From Alphaproteobacteria bacterium (GTDB taxonomy: Bacteria > Pseudomonadota > Alphaproteobacteria > GCA-2731375): a stretch of DNA of 64,000 nucleotides. Shown here one piece after another: positions 1 to 9,692 of the stretch (positions within the stretch are counted from its first letter, which is position 1; every line of letters starts with the position of its first letter). The notes beneath the pieces are model-generated. The model was not told where the DNA came from and did not search any database. It saw nothing but the letters and a program-made list of their open reading frames with translations. The translations under genes were made by a program, and so were the position numbers. Where the stretch lies: contig CBDDBZ010000020.1 of assembly GCA_965225945.1 (NCBI GenBank), positions 32,001-96,000 on the forward strand. The letters are read 5' to 3'.

Positions 1-1094
1 CGTCCCGGCTGCGCTTCGAGAAGGCGCCGGATGCGGTCTCCGAGGTCACGAAGTTGCTCTGGGATCTGGCGCTCAGGGTGGAGGACGGCCGGCTTTCCCT
101 CGCCGAGCGGGAACTGCGCGAGCTGCAGCAGGCCTTGATGGACGCGCTCGCGCGCGATGCCACGGACGCCGAGCTGGATCGCCTGATGGACCAGCTCCAG
201 GCGGCCATGCAGCGCTATCTGCAAGCCTTGGCGGAGCAAGCGAAACGGATGGCGGAACAGGGCGTCGAGCCGGTGCCTTACGATCCCGAGGCCCAGGTCA
301 TGGAGGGCGAGGAACTCCAGCGCATGCTGGAGCGGGCGCGGGAGCTGGCCAAGCTCGGCGCGCGAGACGCGGCGCGCGAGCTGCTCGGCCAGTTGCAGCA
401 GATGCTGGAGAACCTGCAGACCGGGCGGATGATGGCGATGCCGCCGGAGTTGCGCGGCACCGACCAGGCTATTCGCGATCTCGGCAAGCTCATGGGCGAG
501 CAGCAGCGGCTGCTCGATCAGACCTTCCGCCGCTCGCCCGAGGGTGGCCGGATGCCCAGAGCGGGCCAACGGAGCCAGCGGGGCGCGCGCGGCCGGCAGA
601 TGCCGGGGCGCAGCGGCGAGCCCACCCTCTCCGAGATGGCCGAGGGGCAGGAGGCGCTGCGCCGCCGCCTCGGCGAGATCATGCGTCGCCTCGGCGAGGG
701 GCTGGGCGAGATTCCGGGCGCCCTCGGCCGGGCCGAGCGGGCCATGCGCGATGCCCGCGAAGCGCTCGGCGAGGGGCAGGCCGGCGCCGCCAGCGAGTCG
801 CAGGGCCGGGCCATCGATCAGATGGCCGAGGGCATGCGGGGCCTGGCGCAGGAACTCGCCCGCCAGCTCGGTCGCGGCCAGGGTGATCAGACCGTGTTCG
901 GCGGCGGCGAGGAGGATCCGCTCGGCCGTCCCTCGGCCCAGGGCGGGATGGACACCAGCACCGTCCGCATTCCCGAGAAGGCCGACCTGCAGCGCACCCG
1001 TCAGATCCTGGACGAGCTCCGCCGCCGCGCCGGCGAGCGCCGGCGCCCCTCCCTCGAGCGGCAATACATCGACCGCCTGTTGCAGCGCTTCTAG
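1..1094 (+). CDS. TIGR02302/DUF4175 family protein, C-terminal part (5' end lies outside the window)
   Basis: Coiled-coil ORF open from the window start. It contains LWDLALRVEDG and DPLGR and ends ILDELRRR...ERQYIDRLL, typical of this alphaproteobacterial family. Confidence 0.85.
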   Translation, partial: SRLRFEKAPDAVSEVTKLLWDLALRVEDGRLSLAERELRELQQALMDALARDATDAELDRLMDQLQAAMQRYLQALAEQAKRMAEQGVEPVPYDPEAQVMEGEELQRMLERARELAKLGARDAARELLGQLQQMLENLQTGRMMAMPPELRGTDQAIRDLGKLMGEQQRLLDQTFRRSPEGGRMPRAGQRSQRGARGRQMPGRSGEPTLSEMAEGQEALRRRLGEIMRRLGEGLGEIPGALGRAERAMRDAREALGEGQAGAASESQGRAIDQMAEGMRGLAQELARQLGRGQGDQTVFGGGEEDPLGRPSAQGGMDTSTVRIPEKADLQRTRQILDELRRRAGERRRPSLERQYIDRLLQRF

Positions 1095-1277
1095 GCGGGG
1101 CTCGCCGCCCTCGGGCGGGCTTTCGGGACCGCGCCGCGCCGGCAATAGATCTGGTGCGGGACGCGCGTCATTTTGTCGCTATATTGTAAGTCGTGATTCG
1201 CCGGCCTATGTTGTCGGCGCGCGCGGCCACTTTGGGACGGGCGCGGCGAACGGATGAGGTAGAGGCGAAAGGCAGTT

Positions 1278-1823
1278 ATGTTGGCGGAGGCAAGTCCCGC
1301 GCTGGTGTTGAACGCGGATTATCGGCCCTTGAGTTACTTCCCGCTTTCCCTCTGGCACTGGCAGGAAGTGGTGAAGGCGGTGTTTCTGGATCGCGTGAAC
1401 GTGATCTCGGAATACGACCGCGTCGTGCGCTCGCCCAGCCTCGAGATGCGGCTGCCGAGCGTCGTGGCCCTCAAGGGCTATGTCAAGCCGGCCAAATTCC
1501 CGGCCTTCACGCGCTTCAACCTGTTCCTGCGCGACCGCTTCGAGTGTCAGTATTGCGGCCGGCGGGGCGACCTGACCTTCGACCACGTGGTGCCGCGCAG
1601 TCAGGGTGGCCGCACGACCTGGGGCAACGTCACGACCGCCTGCGCCGCCTGCAACCTGCGCAAGGGTGGGCGAACGCCGCGCAAGTGCGGCCTGCACCCG
1701 AGGACGATGCCGTACCGGCCGACGGTGTTCGAATTGAACGAGCGCGGCCGCGCCTTCCCGCCCAACTTCCTGCATGAGAGTTGGCGCGACTATCTTTACT
1801 GGGATACCGAGCTGGAGCCGTAG
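1278..1823 (+). CDS. HNH endonuclease (McrA-like, conserved alphaproteobacterial type)
   Basis: Motifs PALVLNADYRPLSYFPLS, CQYCG, TFDHVVPRSQGG, CAACNLRKG. Confidence 0.9.
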   Translation: MLAEASPALVLNADYRPLSYFPLSLWHWQEVVKAVFLDRVNVISEYDRVVRSPSLEMRLPSVVALKGYVKPAKFPAFTRFNLFLRDRFECQYCGRRGDLTFDHVVPRSQGGRTTWGNVTTACAACNLRKGGRTPRKCGLHPRTMPYRPTVFELNERGRAFPPNFLHESWRDYLYWDTELEP

Positions 1824-2025
1824 GCGCTCGCCGGGACCCGTCCCGGGCTTGCGGGCCGCCGCGCCTCCGGTTTGGTCGCGTCGTGGGCGGGTTGTACAGT
1901 GACCCGGCTTTCAACTTGCCCAGGGCCCCCGGACCCGTCCGTTCTCCCCGCTGACCGATAGTGCTAGCGTTCTCGGCGAAATGTGAAATTCGCCTCGGTG
2001 CAGCGACGGCGAGGGAGGAAGAGGC

Positions 2026-2967
2026 ATGTCGATACTGGTGATTGGCGCGGCCGGCTTCATCGGCCGCCGCTTGGTGCCGCGCCTGGCCGCACGCGGCGAG
2101 CGGGTGACGGCCATGGATATCGACGCGGGCCGGGCGACGAGCGCCTTCGCCGAGCTTTCGGACGCGGTGGCGATCCGCAAGGGCGACGTCACCTGCTTCG
2201 ACGACGTCGTCGAGGCCATGCTCGAGGCAAAGGCGGATCGCGTGATCAACCTCTCCTATTTCATCGGGGACCTGGCGCCACGGAAAGCCTTCAAGCTCGA
2301 TATCCTCGGCATGGACAACTGTTTCGAGGCGGCCAGGCTGACGGGCGTGAAACATACGGTATTCGCCAGTTCCCTCGCCGTCAGCGGCCTGCAGAAGAAT
2401 TTCGGCGAGCGCCCGGTGAACGAGGACGATCCCCGCCACGGGAATAGCCAATATGCCGTCAACAAGATCTACAACGAATGGCAGGCGCATGATTACCGCC
2501 GCAAGTACGACATGACGATTACCGCCGTTCGGCCCGCCAACGTCACCGGTCCGGACAAGAAGTTCGGCTCGATCGATCATGTCGACTGCATGTGCGAGCC
2601 GGCGCGCGGCAAGACGGTAACCTTTCCCCACGCCGACGCCATGCGCTGCGTCATTCACGTGGAAGACATAGCCGAGGTTTTCGCCCGCGTGGTCCTGAGC
2701 GACAAGCCGAAACACGCGACCTACAACTCCGGCGGCACGACCGTCAGCATCGGCGAATTGGCGGGACTGGTGCGAGAGGTCGTGCCGGATGCGGACATTC
2801 GCTTCGACGCCGAGACCGGCGGGCGAGAGAAATCCGGCAATTATCTCGTCGACAACAGCCGGCTGGTCGAGGAATTCGAGGTCCAATACGCGCCGCTCGG
2901 GCAGCGGGTGAGGGACGTCGTCGACGAGCTTCGCCGCGATATGGAATGCTTGCCGAGAACGGATTGA
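2026..2967 (+). CDS. NAD-dependent epimerase/dehydratase (extended SDR)
   Basis: GAAGFIG Rossmann motif, YAVNK catalytic YxxxK, upstream GGAGG RBS. Confidence 0.85.
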   Translation: MSILVIGAAGFIGRRLVPRLAARGERVTAMDIDAGRATSAFAELSDAVAIRKGDVTCFDDVVEAMLEAKADRVINLSYFIGDLAPRKAFKLDILGMDNCFEAARLTGVKHTVFASSLAVSGLQKNFGERPVNEDDPRHGNSQYAVNKIYNEWQAHDYRRKYDMTITAVRPANVTGPDKKFGSIDHVDCMCEPARGKTVTFPHADAMRCVIHVEDIAEVFARVVLSDKPKHATYNSGGTTVSIGELAGLVREVVPDADIRFDAETGGREKSGNYLVDNSRLVEEFEVQYAPLGQRVRDVVDELRRDMECLPRTD

Positions 2968-3096
2968 ATAATTTCAGCGGAAGGGCGGCCGCGAGATAAA
3001 GATTCCGTGTGCCCTGGGCGCCCATCGCCCACCTCCTCCCGCCCGGTGCTTTCACGTTTCGTTAACCATCGTTGGGGATAGTTTGCGGGCCGAGGC

Positions 3097-3744
3097 ATGT
3101 GCGACGCCGAGGAAGTGGGAGCGATGTCGGACACGACAGTGCACAACGTGGCGATGGCGGGCGAGGCCCGCCAGGGGGCGCTCTTCGAGCGCAGTCCCGC
3201 GATGCTACACACCGTCGATCGCGAAGGTCGTTTGTTGACGGTGTCGGATCGATGGCTGGAGGTGATGGGCCGCCGCCGCGAGGATGTGGTCGGACAGCCC
3301 GCGACGATGTTCCTGACCGAACGCTCGCGACGCTAGGTGGCGGAGGAAATCCGCCCGCGTTTCCTCGAGACCGGTGAGTGTCGAGAGGTCTCGCTCGAGC
3401 TCGTCGCCAAGGGCGGCGCGATCATCGACGTCCTGCTCTCGGCCACGGCCGCGCTCGACGCGCGGGGCCGCCTCGAGCGGGCGCATGTCGCCTTGACCGA
3501 GGTCGGCGCGCTTCGCCAAGCCAACGAGGATCCGAACAATTCCGCCGATGTCGCCTCGCGAAATCTCGAATTGCGGCTAGGGCGAGGCGAGTCGTTGGTG
3601 AACATGCTGCGCGAGGGCTTGGACGGGCGACTGGACGAGGACACGCCTGGGCCTGGGCCCGAAGCCGGGCGACGGCGGTCGTGGAGTCACATTCCGCTTT
3701 ACTTGGCGCGCCGGTTGGTCGAGTTTCGCAATGCTGGAGGATGA
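3097..3744 (+). pseudogene. PAS-domain protein interrupted by an in-frame TAG at 3334-3336
   Basis: ORFs 3097-3336 and 3337-3744 are contiguous in one frame. The PAS fold runs through the stop (FERSPAMLHTVD...WLEVMG...FLTERSRR*VAEE...IIDVLLSA). Confidence 0.7.
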
Positions 3745-3780
3745 TCGCCCCCGGGCGGATACGGACTCGATGGCGACCTG

Positions 3781-4437
3781 ATGAGCGGCGCGACACTCGT
3801 CATCTTCGATTGTGACGGCGTCTTGATCGATAGCGAGATCATCGCCTGCCGCGTCGAGGCGCGGGGCTTCGCGCGCCTCGGCATCGAGATGTCGGTGGCG
3901 GAGGTGGCCCGCCGTTTCACCGGCGTCCGCACGTGCGACATGTACCAAATCATTACCGACGAGACCGGCATCGCCATTCCCGACCAGCACGGGCACGAGA
4001 TCAAGGACGAGATCCAGGCCTGCTTCGATACCGAGCTCAGGGCGCTTCCCGGCACGCACGCGCTGCTCGACCGCCTGGTGACGCCGGCTTGCGTCGCCTC
4101 CAGCTCCGATCCCGATTGGCTCGCCAAGGCGCTCGGGCTGGTCGGGCTGTACGACCGCCTGGCGAGCGCCATCTTCAACGGGCGCATGGTCGAGCACGGC
4201 AAGCCGGCGCCGGACCTGTTTCTGTTGGCGGCGGCGCGGATGGGCGCGCGGCCGCTCGATTGCCTGGTGGTCGAGGACAGCGTCGCCGGGGTCCGGGCAG
4301 GTCGCGCCGCCGGCATGCGGGTGCTCGGATTCGCTGGCGGTGGCCACTGCGCGCCGGGCCATGGTGAGATGCTGCGCGCGGAAGGCGCCGAGGCTATATA
4401 CCTCGATATGTCGAGCTTGGCCGAACGGCTCTGTTGA
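3781..4437 (+). CDS. HAD-superfamily hydrolase (subfamily IA)
   Basis: Motifs FDCDGVLIDSE, GKPAPDLF, VVEDSVAG. Confidence 0.9.
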   Translation: MSGATLVIFDCDGVLIDSEIIACRVEARGFARLGIEMSVAEVARRFTGVRTCDMYQIITDETGIAIPDQHGHEIKDEIQACFDTELRALPGTHALLDRLVTPACVASSSDPDWLAKALGLVGLYDRLASAIFNGRMVEHGKPAPDLFLLAAARMGARPLDCLVVEDSVAGVRAGRAAGMRVLGFAGGGHCAPGHGEMLRAEGAEAIYLDMSSLAERLC

Positions 4438-4450
4438 GCTGGGAGGCGCT

Positions 4451-6181
4451 TCAGGCGCCTCGCGCGCGTGCCGTGGCCTCGGCATCGACGGCGCCGGTGG
4501 CGGTCAGGATCACGCCGTAGTCCCGCGCCGCGGCTTCTGGGCTCACCAGGCCGTCGCGGACGTCGAGTGCCACCTTTTTCGCATCTCGCGCCATGGGATC
4601 GCCGTAGCCGCCGCCGCCCGGCATCGCCAGTGTCAGTTCGTGACCTTGGGCGACGCGCTGGCGGCCCTTGGCCCGCATTTCGATCTCCTCGCCCTCGGGC
4701 GCGGTGGCGTAGACGCGGCCGGCCATACCATCGCCGCCGCCGTTGCGACCGCGCGCCGGATGGCCCACGCGATCGAACATGGAGGACATGACGAAGGCCG
4801 CGTCTTCCTTGTTGGTGATCCGCATCACCTGGCCGAGTCCGCCGCGATGTTCGCCGGCGCCGCCGGAATCGGTCCGATATTCCTTCTCCCAGACGACGAT
4901 CGGCGAGATCGCCTCGTTGATCTCCACCGGCGTGTTGCGGACGCCGGAGGGGAAGGCGGTCGCCGAAAGGCCGTCCTTCCCGGGCCGCGCGCCGGTACCG
5001 CCGTTGTGGAACAGCGTCACGGTGAAGGTGCTCGCCTCGCCCTCGACCTTGCCGGCGACGCCGTGGCCGCCGTAAAGCACCGGGTTCCAGAGGCACGAGG
5101 TGCCCTCCGCAGGCGCGATGCCGGCGACCGCCTGGTGCAGGCAGCCGAGCATCACGTCGGGCAGCATCTGGCCGACGGCGTGGCGCGCGGCGACGGCGCA
5201 GGGGAAGGGCGCGTTCAGCAGCGAACCTTCCGGCGCCGTCACCCGGACCGGGCCGAGCGAGCCGGAGTTGTTCGGGATCGTCGAGCCGACCACGCAGCGC
5301 ACGCCGAAGGAGGCATAGGCTTCGGTATAGGTGACCGGCACGTTGATGCCGTATTCCGAGATGCCCGAGGTGCCGGTGAAGTCGATGTCGATGCCGTCCT
5401 CGGCGATGGTCATGGTGGCCACCAGATCGATCTCGTCGTTGTAGCCGTCGATCCGCATCCGGTATTCGTAGGTCCCGGAGGGGAGCTTGCGGATCTCCTC
5501 CAGCATGGCGCGGCGCGAGTTCTCGATGATGTGCGTGCCCAAATCGTCGATGCTCTCGAGCTCGAACTCCACCATCATCTCGACCAGGCGGCGGGCGCCG
5601 ATATCGTTGCAGGCGACGAGGGAGTAGATGTCGCCCTCGACCTGCACCGGCTCGCGCACGTTCCAGCGCACCATCTCCAGCAGGGTTTCGTTCATCACCC
5701 CTTGCTTGGCGAGGGGCATGATCGGGATGTAGAGTCCCTCCTCGAAGACTTGCCGGCCGTCCGGCCCGAAGCCGAGGCCGCCCACGTCCACGACATGGCT
5801 GGTGCAGGCGAAGAGCGCCACCATGCGGGCGTCCTTGAAGGTCGGCGTCACCACGGTGAGGTCGTGCAGATGGCCGGTCCCTTTCCAGGGATCGTTGGTG
5901 ATGTAGCAATTGCCGGGGCTCATCTCGGTGGCCGGATACTTCTCGAGGAAGAAATTGACCGAGGCCGCCATGGCGTTGACGTGGCCCGGCGTGCCGGTCA
6001 CCGCCTGGGCCAGCATGCGGCCACCGAGATCGAAGACGCCGGCGGAGAGATCGCCGGCCTCGCGCACCGTGTTGGAGAAGGCGGTCCGAATTAGGGTTTG
6101 CGCTTGCTCCTCGACCACGGCGATCAGACGGTTCCACATGATCTGCATGTGCAGGTCGGAGAGGGCGGAATTCTCGATCAT
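4451..6181 (-). CDS. Hydantoinase B/oxoprolinase family protein
   Basis: Motifs RTAFSNTVREAGDLSAG, TNDPWKGTGHLHD, GGAGEHRGG, PGGGGYGDP. Start taken at MIENSALS. Confidence 0.9.
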   Translation of the reverse strand: MIENSALSDLHMQIMWNRLIAVVEEQAQTLIRTAFSNTVREAGDLSAGVFDLGGRMLAQAVTGTPGHVNAMAASVNFFLEKYPATEMSPGNCYITNDPWKGTGHLHDLTVVTPTFKDARMVALFACTSHVVDVGGLGFGPDGRQVFEEGLYIPIMPLAKQGVMNETLLEMVRWNVREPVQVEGDIYSLVACNDIGARRLVEMMVEFELESIDDLGTHIIENSRRAMLEEIRKLPSGTYEYRMRIDGYNDEIDLVATMTIAEDGIDIDFTGTSGISEYGINVPVTYTEAYASFGVRCVVGSTIPNNSGSLGPVRVTAPEGSLLNAPFPCAVAARHAVGQMLPDVMLGCLHQAVAGIAPAEGTSCLWNPVLYGGHGVAGKVEGEASTFTVTLFHNGGTGARPGKDGLSATAFPSGVRNTPVEINEAISPIVVWEKEYRTDSGGAGEHRGGLGQVMRITNKEDAAFVMSSMFDRVGHPARGRNGGGDGMAGRVYATAPEGEEIEMRAKGRQRVAQGHELTLAMPGGGGYGDPMARDAKKVALDVRDGLVSPEAAARDYGVILTATGAVDAEATARARGA

Positions 6182-6206
6182 CGTCTGGTTTTCCCACTGT
6201 TCCGGG

Positions 6207-8291
6207 TCAGGCCCGGCGTTCGAGGCGAATGTAGCCCATCGCGTCGAGCCGCGCATCGAAGCCGGGGCCGACGATGGTGGTGGTCTGATGCTCGACGATC
6301 ATCGCCGGGCCCGGGATCCGCATCCCGGGGCCGAGCGCCTCGCGTCGGTAGAAGGGCACCTCGACATACTCGGTGCGCGCGGGATCGAACACTCGGCGTG
6401 TCGAGGCGGCCTCCGGCGGCGCCGCCTCGGCAGGCATGTCCAATTCGACCGTCGGGGCCGCCGGCGTCGACACGGTGACGGCCCAGGTCAGCACCTCGAC
6501 GTCGAGGTTCGGGATGACGCGGCCGTAAAGTTCCTCGTAGCGGGCATCGAAGGCCGCCTTGAGGGCCTCGACGTCGGCCTCGGTGAGCACGCGATTGGGC
6601 ACGGTGACGTCGATTTCGTGGCCCTGCCCGATGTAGCGCATGTAGGCGATGCGGGTCTCGGCCAGCTCCGCCCCGGGCGCGCCGAGGCGGACGACCTCGC
6701 GCGCCTCGGCCTGCATTTCGGCCAAGAGCGCGTTGATGGGGTCGCGCTCGAAGGCGGCGAAACGGGTATAGCGGCTGCGCACGACTTCGTAGGCCACGGG
6801 CGCGCGCAGGAAGCCGATTGCCGAGCCGACGCCGGCCCCGGTCGGGACCACGATGGTGTCGATCCCGAGCTTCTCGGCGAGGCGCGTGGCGTGCAGCGGC
6901 GCCGCCCCACCGAAGGCCACCATGGCGCGGCTGGTCAGGTCCTTGCCGCGCTCCACCGCGTGCACCCGGGCGGCGTTGGCCATGTTTTCGTCGACCACCT
7001 CACCGACCCCGAAGGCGGCGAGCGAGAGCTCGATGTCGAGCGCCTCGCCCACCGTTCCGGCAAGCGCGGCCTCGGACTTGGCGGGCGCCAGCGTGACCGT
7101 GCCGCCGGCGAAGGAGGCGGGGTCGATCCGGCCCAATACGACGTCGGCATCGGTGACGGTCGGTTGCGTGCCGCCCCGGTCGTAGCAGGCGGGGCCGGGC
7201 TCGGCGCCCGCGCTCTCCGGCCCGACGGTGATGCGGCGCATGGCGTCGACCCGGGCGATCGAGCCGCCGCCGGCGCCGATCTCCACCATCTCGATGACGG
7301 GAATGCGGAGCGGTAGGCCGCTCCCCTTGGTGAAGCGGTACATCCGGTCGACCTCGAAGGTGCGCGAGCTCTGCGGTTGGCCGTCGTCGATCAAGCAAAT
7401 CTTTGCCGTGGTCCCGCCCATGTCGTAGGACAGCACGGCGTCGAGGCCGCATTCGCGCGCCACGTGGCTGGCCAGGATGGCGCCGCCGGCGGGGCCGCTC
7501 TCGACCAGGCGGATGGGCGCGTGGACGGCGGTATCCACCGTGGCGAGCCCGCCGCCCGACATCATCAAGAAGAGCGGGCCGCCGAACCCGCTCTGCTTCA
7601 GTCCGGCCTCCAAATTGCGCAGGTAGCGCGCCATCAGCGGCTGCACATAGGCGTTGGCGGAGACGGTCGAATGGCGCTCGTATTCGCGGATCTCGGGGCA
7701 GACCTCCGAGGAAAGCGAGATCCAGAGATCGGGTAGGCCTGAGCGCAGGATCTCGGCCACGCGAATCTCGTGTTTCGCGTTGGCGTAGCTGTGGATCAGG
7801 CCGATTCCCAGGCTCTCGATTCCGTGGTGCTCGAGCTCCGGCACCAGCGCCTCGACCGAGGCCTCGTCGAGTGCCAGCAACACGCCGCCGTCGGCGTCCA
7901 GCCGCTCGGTGACCGGCAGCCTGAGGTAGCGCGGCACCAGGGGCACCGGCTTCTCGACGTTGATGTCGTACTGCTCGAAGCGGTTCTCGTAGGCCATCTC
8001 CACCGCGTCGCGGAAGCCGCGCGTGACCACCAGCGCGGTCTTGGCGCCCTTACGCTCGATGATCGCGTTGGTGGCGAGCGTGGTGCCGTGGATGACGAGG
8101 GAGACGGCGCTCGGCTCCACGCCGGCGCTCGGCAGCAGCTCGGCGACGCCCTGTAACACGCCCTCCTCGGGCGCGTTCTGCGTGGTCAGGACCTTGGAGG
8201 CGTGTATCTCGCCGCCGACTTCCAGCGCGAGATCGGTGAAGGTCCCGCCGATATCCACCGCGAGGCGGGCGCCGCCGGTCGGCTGCGTCAT
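6207..8291 (-). CDS. Hydantoinase A/oxoprolinase family protein
   Basis: Motifs DIGGTFTD, HGTTLATNA, ESGPAGG, DMGGTT, GAGGGSIA. Adjacent to the B subunit. Confidence 0.9.
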   Translation of the reverse strand: MTQPTGGARLAVDIGGTFTDLALEVGGEIHASKVLTTQNAPEEGVLQGVAELLPSAGVEPSAVSLVIHGTTLATNAIIERKGAKTALVVTRGFRDAVEMAYENRFEQYDINVEKPVPLVPRYLRLPVTERLDADGGVLLALDEASVEALVPELEHHGIESLGIGLIHSYANAKHEIRVAEILRSGLPDLWISLSSEVCPEIREYERHSTVSANAYVQPLMARYLRNLEAGLKQSGFGGPLFLMMSGGGLATVDTAVHAPIRLVESGPAGGAILASHVARECGLDAVLSYDMGGTTAKICLIDDGQPQSSRTFEVDRMYRFTKGSGLPLRIPVIEMVEIGAGGGSIARVDAMRRITVGPESAGAEPGPACYDRGGTQPTVTDADVVLGRIDPASFAGGTVTLAPAKSEAALAGTVGEALDIELSLAAFGVGEVVDENMANAARVHAVERGKDLTSRAMVAFGGAAPLHATRLAEKLGIDTIVVPTGAGVGSAIGFLRAPVAYEVVRSRYTRFAAFERDPINALLAEMQAEAREVVRLGAPGAELAETRIAYMRYIGQGHEIDVTVPNRVLTEADVEALKAAFDARYEELYGRVIPNLDVEVLTWAVTVSTPAAPTVELDMPAEAAPPEAASTRRVFDPARTEYVEVPFYRREALGPGMRIPGPAMIVEHQTTTIVGPGFDARLDAMGYIRLERRA

Positions 8292-8409
8292 GGTTCGATC
8301 CTCGAGTGGCGCGAATGGCTATGGCGCGGCGCAAACTAAGGAGTGCCTCCACCCGACGCAAGCACGCGGGGCGAGGGACCGGCGCGTCGATCGACGGGAT
8401 CGGCGAAGC

Positions 8410-8766
8410 TCAATCCTGCTCGATCGTGAAGCTTTCGCCGCAGCCGCAGCGGTCGGTCTCGTTGGGGTTGGTGAAGACGAAGCCGCTCTCGAACTTGCTC
8501 TCGCGATAGTCCATCTCGGCGCCGATCAGATACATCAGCGCCGTCGGATCGACGAAGACCTTGACCCCGCCGGTCTCGATGGTCTCCTCGAAGGGCTTCT
8601 GCTCCTGGGCGTATTCGACCTGGTACATCAGGCCCGAGCAACCGCCGGTACGAACACCGACGCGAAGCCCGACCACCTTGTCCTCGCCGCGCTCGACCAA
8701 TTGCTTGACGCGACGGGAGGCCGCGTCGGTCACCCGCAACACCGGTCCGAGGTTCATTCTTGGCAC
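8410..8766 (-). CDS. sufA: A-type Fe-S carrier (HesB/IscA/SufA)
   Basis: GGCSG and CGCGESF motifs; last gene of the suf operon. Confidence 0.85.
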   Translation of the reverse strand: MPRMNLGPVLRVTDAASRRVKQLVERGEDKVVGLRVGVRTGGCSGLMYQVEYAQEQKPFEETIETGGVKVFVDPTALMYLIGAEMDYRESKFESGFVFTNPNETDRCGCGESFTIEQD

Positions 8767-8787
8767 TCCTCCATGGTCACAGCCGAC

Positions 8788-9195
8788 TCAGAACATGTTC
8801 AGCTCGACCCGGGCCGCCTCGGACATCATCGACATGTCCCAGGTCGGATCCCAGGTGAGCCGAACCTCGACCTCGCCGACGCCGTCCACGTCGGCGAGGG
8901 TCTGGGCGAGCTTGCCCGGCAGCACGCCGGCGACCGGGCAGCCCGGCGCCGTCAACGTCATCGACACCACCACCTTGCCGCTCGCATCGATGTCGAGCTC
9001 GTAGACCAGTCCCAGCTCATAGATGTTCACCGGAATCTCCGGGTCATAGACAGTCTTGGCCGCATCGATCACGGCCTCGAGCGAGGCGACATCGCCGCCC
9101 GCGATCAGCGGCCCGACGGCGCGGGCGACGCCGTCGGCGTCCAGCTCCGGCACGCCCTCGAAGCCCTCGAACATCAAAGCATCGTCTTGCATCAT
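8788..9195 (-). CDS. sufT: SUF system Fe-S assembly protein (DUF59/SufT)
   Basis: VYDPEIPVNIYELGLVY, MTLTAPGCPVA, TWDPTW. Confidence 0.85.
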   Translation of the reverse strand: MMQDDALMFEGFEGVPELDADGVARAVGPLIAGGDVASLEAVIDAAKTVYDPEIPVNIYELGLVYELDIDASGKVVVSMTLTAPGCPVAGVLPGKLAQTLADVDGVGEVEVRLTWDPTWDMSMMSEAARVELNMF

Positions 9196-9221
9196 GGCCT
9201 GTTCGGTCCCTCGTGAAGCCT

Positions 9222-9692
9222 CTACTCGGTCGTCACCGTGCCGCCGCCCTCGACGGCCGCGTTCATCGTGTGCCAGGCGAGCGTCGCGCACTTGACCCGC
9301 ATGGGAAACTCGTGCACCCCGCCCATGACTTGCAGCCGCTCCATCGCTTCCTGGTCGGCCTCCGGATGCGCGGCGGGATCGTAATCGTCGCGGGTGCACA
9401 TTTCGTGAAAGCTTTCGAAGAGGCGTCGGGCTTCCTCGACCGTCTTGCCCCGGACGATCTCGGTCATCATCGAGGCCGAGGCCTGGCTGATGGCGCAGCC
9501 CCGGCCGATGAAGGCCGCGTCCTCGATCCGCCAATTCCCGTCGAGCTTCAGGTGGACGGTGATGCGGTCGCCACAGATCGGATTGTCGCCGTGCGCGGAA
9601 TGGCTCGCGTCCTCGGGCTCACGGTGATTGCGCGGGTTGCGCCCGTGGTCGAGGATCACCTCCTGGTAAAGCTCGCGCAGGTCTTCGAACAT
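9222..9692 (-). CDS. sufU: SUF NifU-family sulfur-transfer/scaffold protein
   Basis: LYQEVILDH, NPICGD, GCAISQAS, RVKCATLAW. Start overlaps the sufS stop. Confidence 0.9.
   Translation of the reverse strand: MFEDLRELYQEVILDHGRNPRNHREPEDASHSAHGDNPICGDRITVHLKLDGNWRIEDAAFIGRGCAISQASASMMTEIVRGKTVEEARRLFESFHEMCTRDDYDPAAHPEADQEAMERLQVMGGVHEFPMRVKCATLAWHTMNAAVEGGGTVTTE

Noticed and set aside
1278-1823. HNH protein as a defence or mobile nuclease
   Set aside because: It matches a widely conserved stand-alone alphaproteobacterial HNH family and has no partner genes.
3699-6197. Long alternative-frame and antisense ORFs (e.g. 832 aa here, the 893-aa extension at 9692-12373, 672 aa at 35580-37598)
   Set aside because: They are Arg/Pro/Gly-rich shadow frames of real genes, as expected in high-GC DNA.
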